From positions 1 through 44,875 of IMG/VR virus record IMGVR_UViG_3300032280_000411: a DNA stretch of 44,875 bases. One strand, given 5' to 3'. The position numbers and the translations under genes are program-made. Source of the stretch: a virus. Lineage: Duplodnaviria; Caudoviricetes. Below, in pieces: positions 43,643 to 44,875 of the stretch; positions within the stretch are counted from its first letter, which is position 1; each line of letters opens with the position of its first letter. The notes under the pieces are model-generated. The model was given only the letters and a program-made list of their open reading frames with translations. It did no database searches and had not been told where the DNA came from.

Positions 43643-44791
43643 CTATTCAACAGAGCCGCCCATGCCTTGAATTATCAGCTCAAACCACTCACTACTACCA
43701 CCATTGACACCAACCAGTCGTCGCAGAAGCTTTTGAGGCAATACCGTTCTGTTGGCGTATCGAACCAAAGTGCCTGCTGCTGGAGAAGGTAAATTTGTGA
43801 CCGAGATTGCTTCAGAATATTGACCACTAGCTTCATCCCAATTTCGACCTTCAATCGCAACAACTGTTCCGCTAAAAGACCAGGTTACTTTTGCTTTTCC
43901 GCTGGCAATTTGTGGATCGCTCATATCAGTGGTATTAATTTCAGGTGCGCCACTAACAACGATTTCTGGTTGTACTGGGCCTCCACCGCCTCCTCCGCCT
44001 CCATCAGATGGCATTATGACTTTTGTGTCCGAGTAAACTGTGGCAGTGCCTCCAGTGTTTGTTATCTCGATGCGGATATTGACATGCGGCTGTGCGCCTT
44101 GACCGTCACCAAAATCCAGCATGCTTTGTCCATTCGGATCAGCAAACGACTGCCGTTCAACGGGAAGAAAAGCCTCACCGTTGGCTTGTGGCATCAGCGT
44201 AAGACAATTGACAGGAGCGTTGTCAGAAGCCCTGTAAACTGCGACAGTCGAAGACTCAGGATACAACGGTCCAGGTCCAATCATAATATTCTGAAATGGG
44301 TCTTCAGGCGCGTTAAGAGGTTGCATAATACCGTAGCTTGCTACAGGGGTTAGCAATTCTTCACCACCGCCTCCACCGCCTCCGCCGCCTCCGCCGCCAC
44401 CAGCGGCTTCAGCAGTCATGTACATCACTCTTACCTTATCACCTTCAAGCAATGCTCCCGTAGATGGAACAACTAGATCACCCATGAAGGTAATCCTTGT
44501 TTTGCCTGCGACTTCAGACAGCATGTAGTCTTCTTCCTCAAAGTGGACCAGGCCACCGACATAAAGAACCATGCTCATTGGAGCTGCAAGGTGGGCACAG
44601 TCTACATAGCCATTAGCCAAGTTTTGTGCAGTCATGGTAAATGTTTGCTTCTGATTACGAAGAGATGGAGCTACTTCAAGAGCGTCAATTCTTGCATCGA
44701 TAGCAGAATCACCGGCTTGACGATCAGTAACTTCTTGTAAAAGGCTTTCATGAACTGCACTAATCGTGCCCATTAAAGATGTAGCGGTCGT
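43643..44791 (-). CDS. C-terminal part of the 923-aa fibre protein: end of coiled coil, beta domain, and two extra domains joined by poly-Gly linkers
   Basis: In frame with 1623..1 across the junction (...QEITTTATSLMGTISAV...); G13 at 44363-44401 and G8 at 43979-44002. Confidence 0.88.
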   Translation of the reverse strand, partial: TTATSLMGTISAVHESLLQEVTDRQAGDSAIDARIDALEVAPSLRNQKQTFTMTAQNLANGYVDCAHLAAPMSMVLYVGGLVHFEEEDYMLSEVAGKTRITFMGDLVVPSTGALLEGDKVRVMYMTAEAAGGGGGGGGGGGGGEELLTPVASYGIMQPLNAPEDPFQNIMIGPGPLYPESSTVAVYRASDNAPVNCLTLMPQANGEAFLPVERQSFADPNGQSMLDFGDGQGAQPHVNIRIEITNTGGTATVYSDTKVIMPSDGGGGGGGGPVQPEIVVSGAPEINTTDMSDPQIASGKAKVTWSFSGTVVAIEGRNWDEASGQYSEAISVTNLPSPAAGTLVRYANRTVLPQKLLRRLVGVNGGSSEWFELIIQGMGGSVE

Positions 44792-44875
44792 GGTGATTTC
44801 TTGGCCGATTGTAACCGCTAATGAATCAACCGCAGATTGTCTATCAGAAACTTCCTGATTTAGTCTTTGATCAAA
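44792..44875 (+). repeat. Terminal direct repeat copy 2 (assembly circularisation overlap)
   Basis: Identical to 1-84 (GGTGATTTCTTGGCC...GTCTTTGATCAAA). Confidence 0.97.

Larger units (their letters stand above)
1..44875. mobile_element. Complete circularly permuted temperate tailed phage genome (podovirus-like), 44,791 bp unique
   Basis: Terminase, portal, scaffold, capsid, nozzle/adaptor, ejection proteins, replication module, integrase and attP are all present; the ends overlap by 84 bp and a gene reads in frame across the junction; no tape measure or sheath gene. Confidence 0.95.

Noticed and set aside
1-44875. Alternative genetic code or stop-codon reassignment
   Set aside because: Genes tile densely under the standard code using TAA, TGA and TAG stops, and the tRNA is not a suppressor
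1-44875. Specific host assignment
   Set aside because: Sigma70-like promoters, Shine-Dalgarno sites, IHF-like sites and lipoproteins suggest a Gram-negative host, but nothing in the sequence fixes the taxon without a search

Overview
The window is an apparently complete, circularly permuted temperate phage genome with P22/T7-like podovirus architecture. It is 44,791 bp plus an 84-bp assembly overlap (1-84 = 44792-44875), and a 923-aa fibre gene spans the junction. The minus-strand late operon runs terS?, terL, portal, scaffold, major capsid, seven fibre-like or small virion genes, a lipoprotein, nozzle, adaptor and ejection proteins. The plus strand carries a papain-protease/lipoprotein cassette, small accessory genes, an ArdC-led early cluster of acidic proteins, three tandem regulators (XRE, RHH, AbrB-like), a replication/recombination module (3'-5' exonuclease, AlpA-type excisionase, Sak4-like ATPase, SSB-like protein, AEP primase, RusA, SF2 helicase), tRNA-Arg(TCT) and a P4-like tyrosine integrase. 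Three observations stand out. (1) The putative attP core is only a tRNA-Arg(TCT) anticodon arm, with neither tRNA half present, while the phage carries its own full tRNA-Arg(TCT) with a different anticodon stem, which suggests tRNA-replacement lysogeny. (2) An inverted second copy of the attP left arm (18-bp identical arm repeat, IHF-like site and core half-site at near-identical spacing) lies 12 kb away, upstream of the early promoter. (3) Arm-like motifs overlap several predicted promoters in a genome with no divergent cI/cro switch, so the integrase may double as a transcriptional regulator. All functional calls come from motif recognition by eye; no database searches were run.
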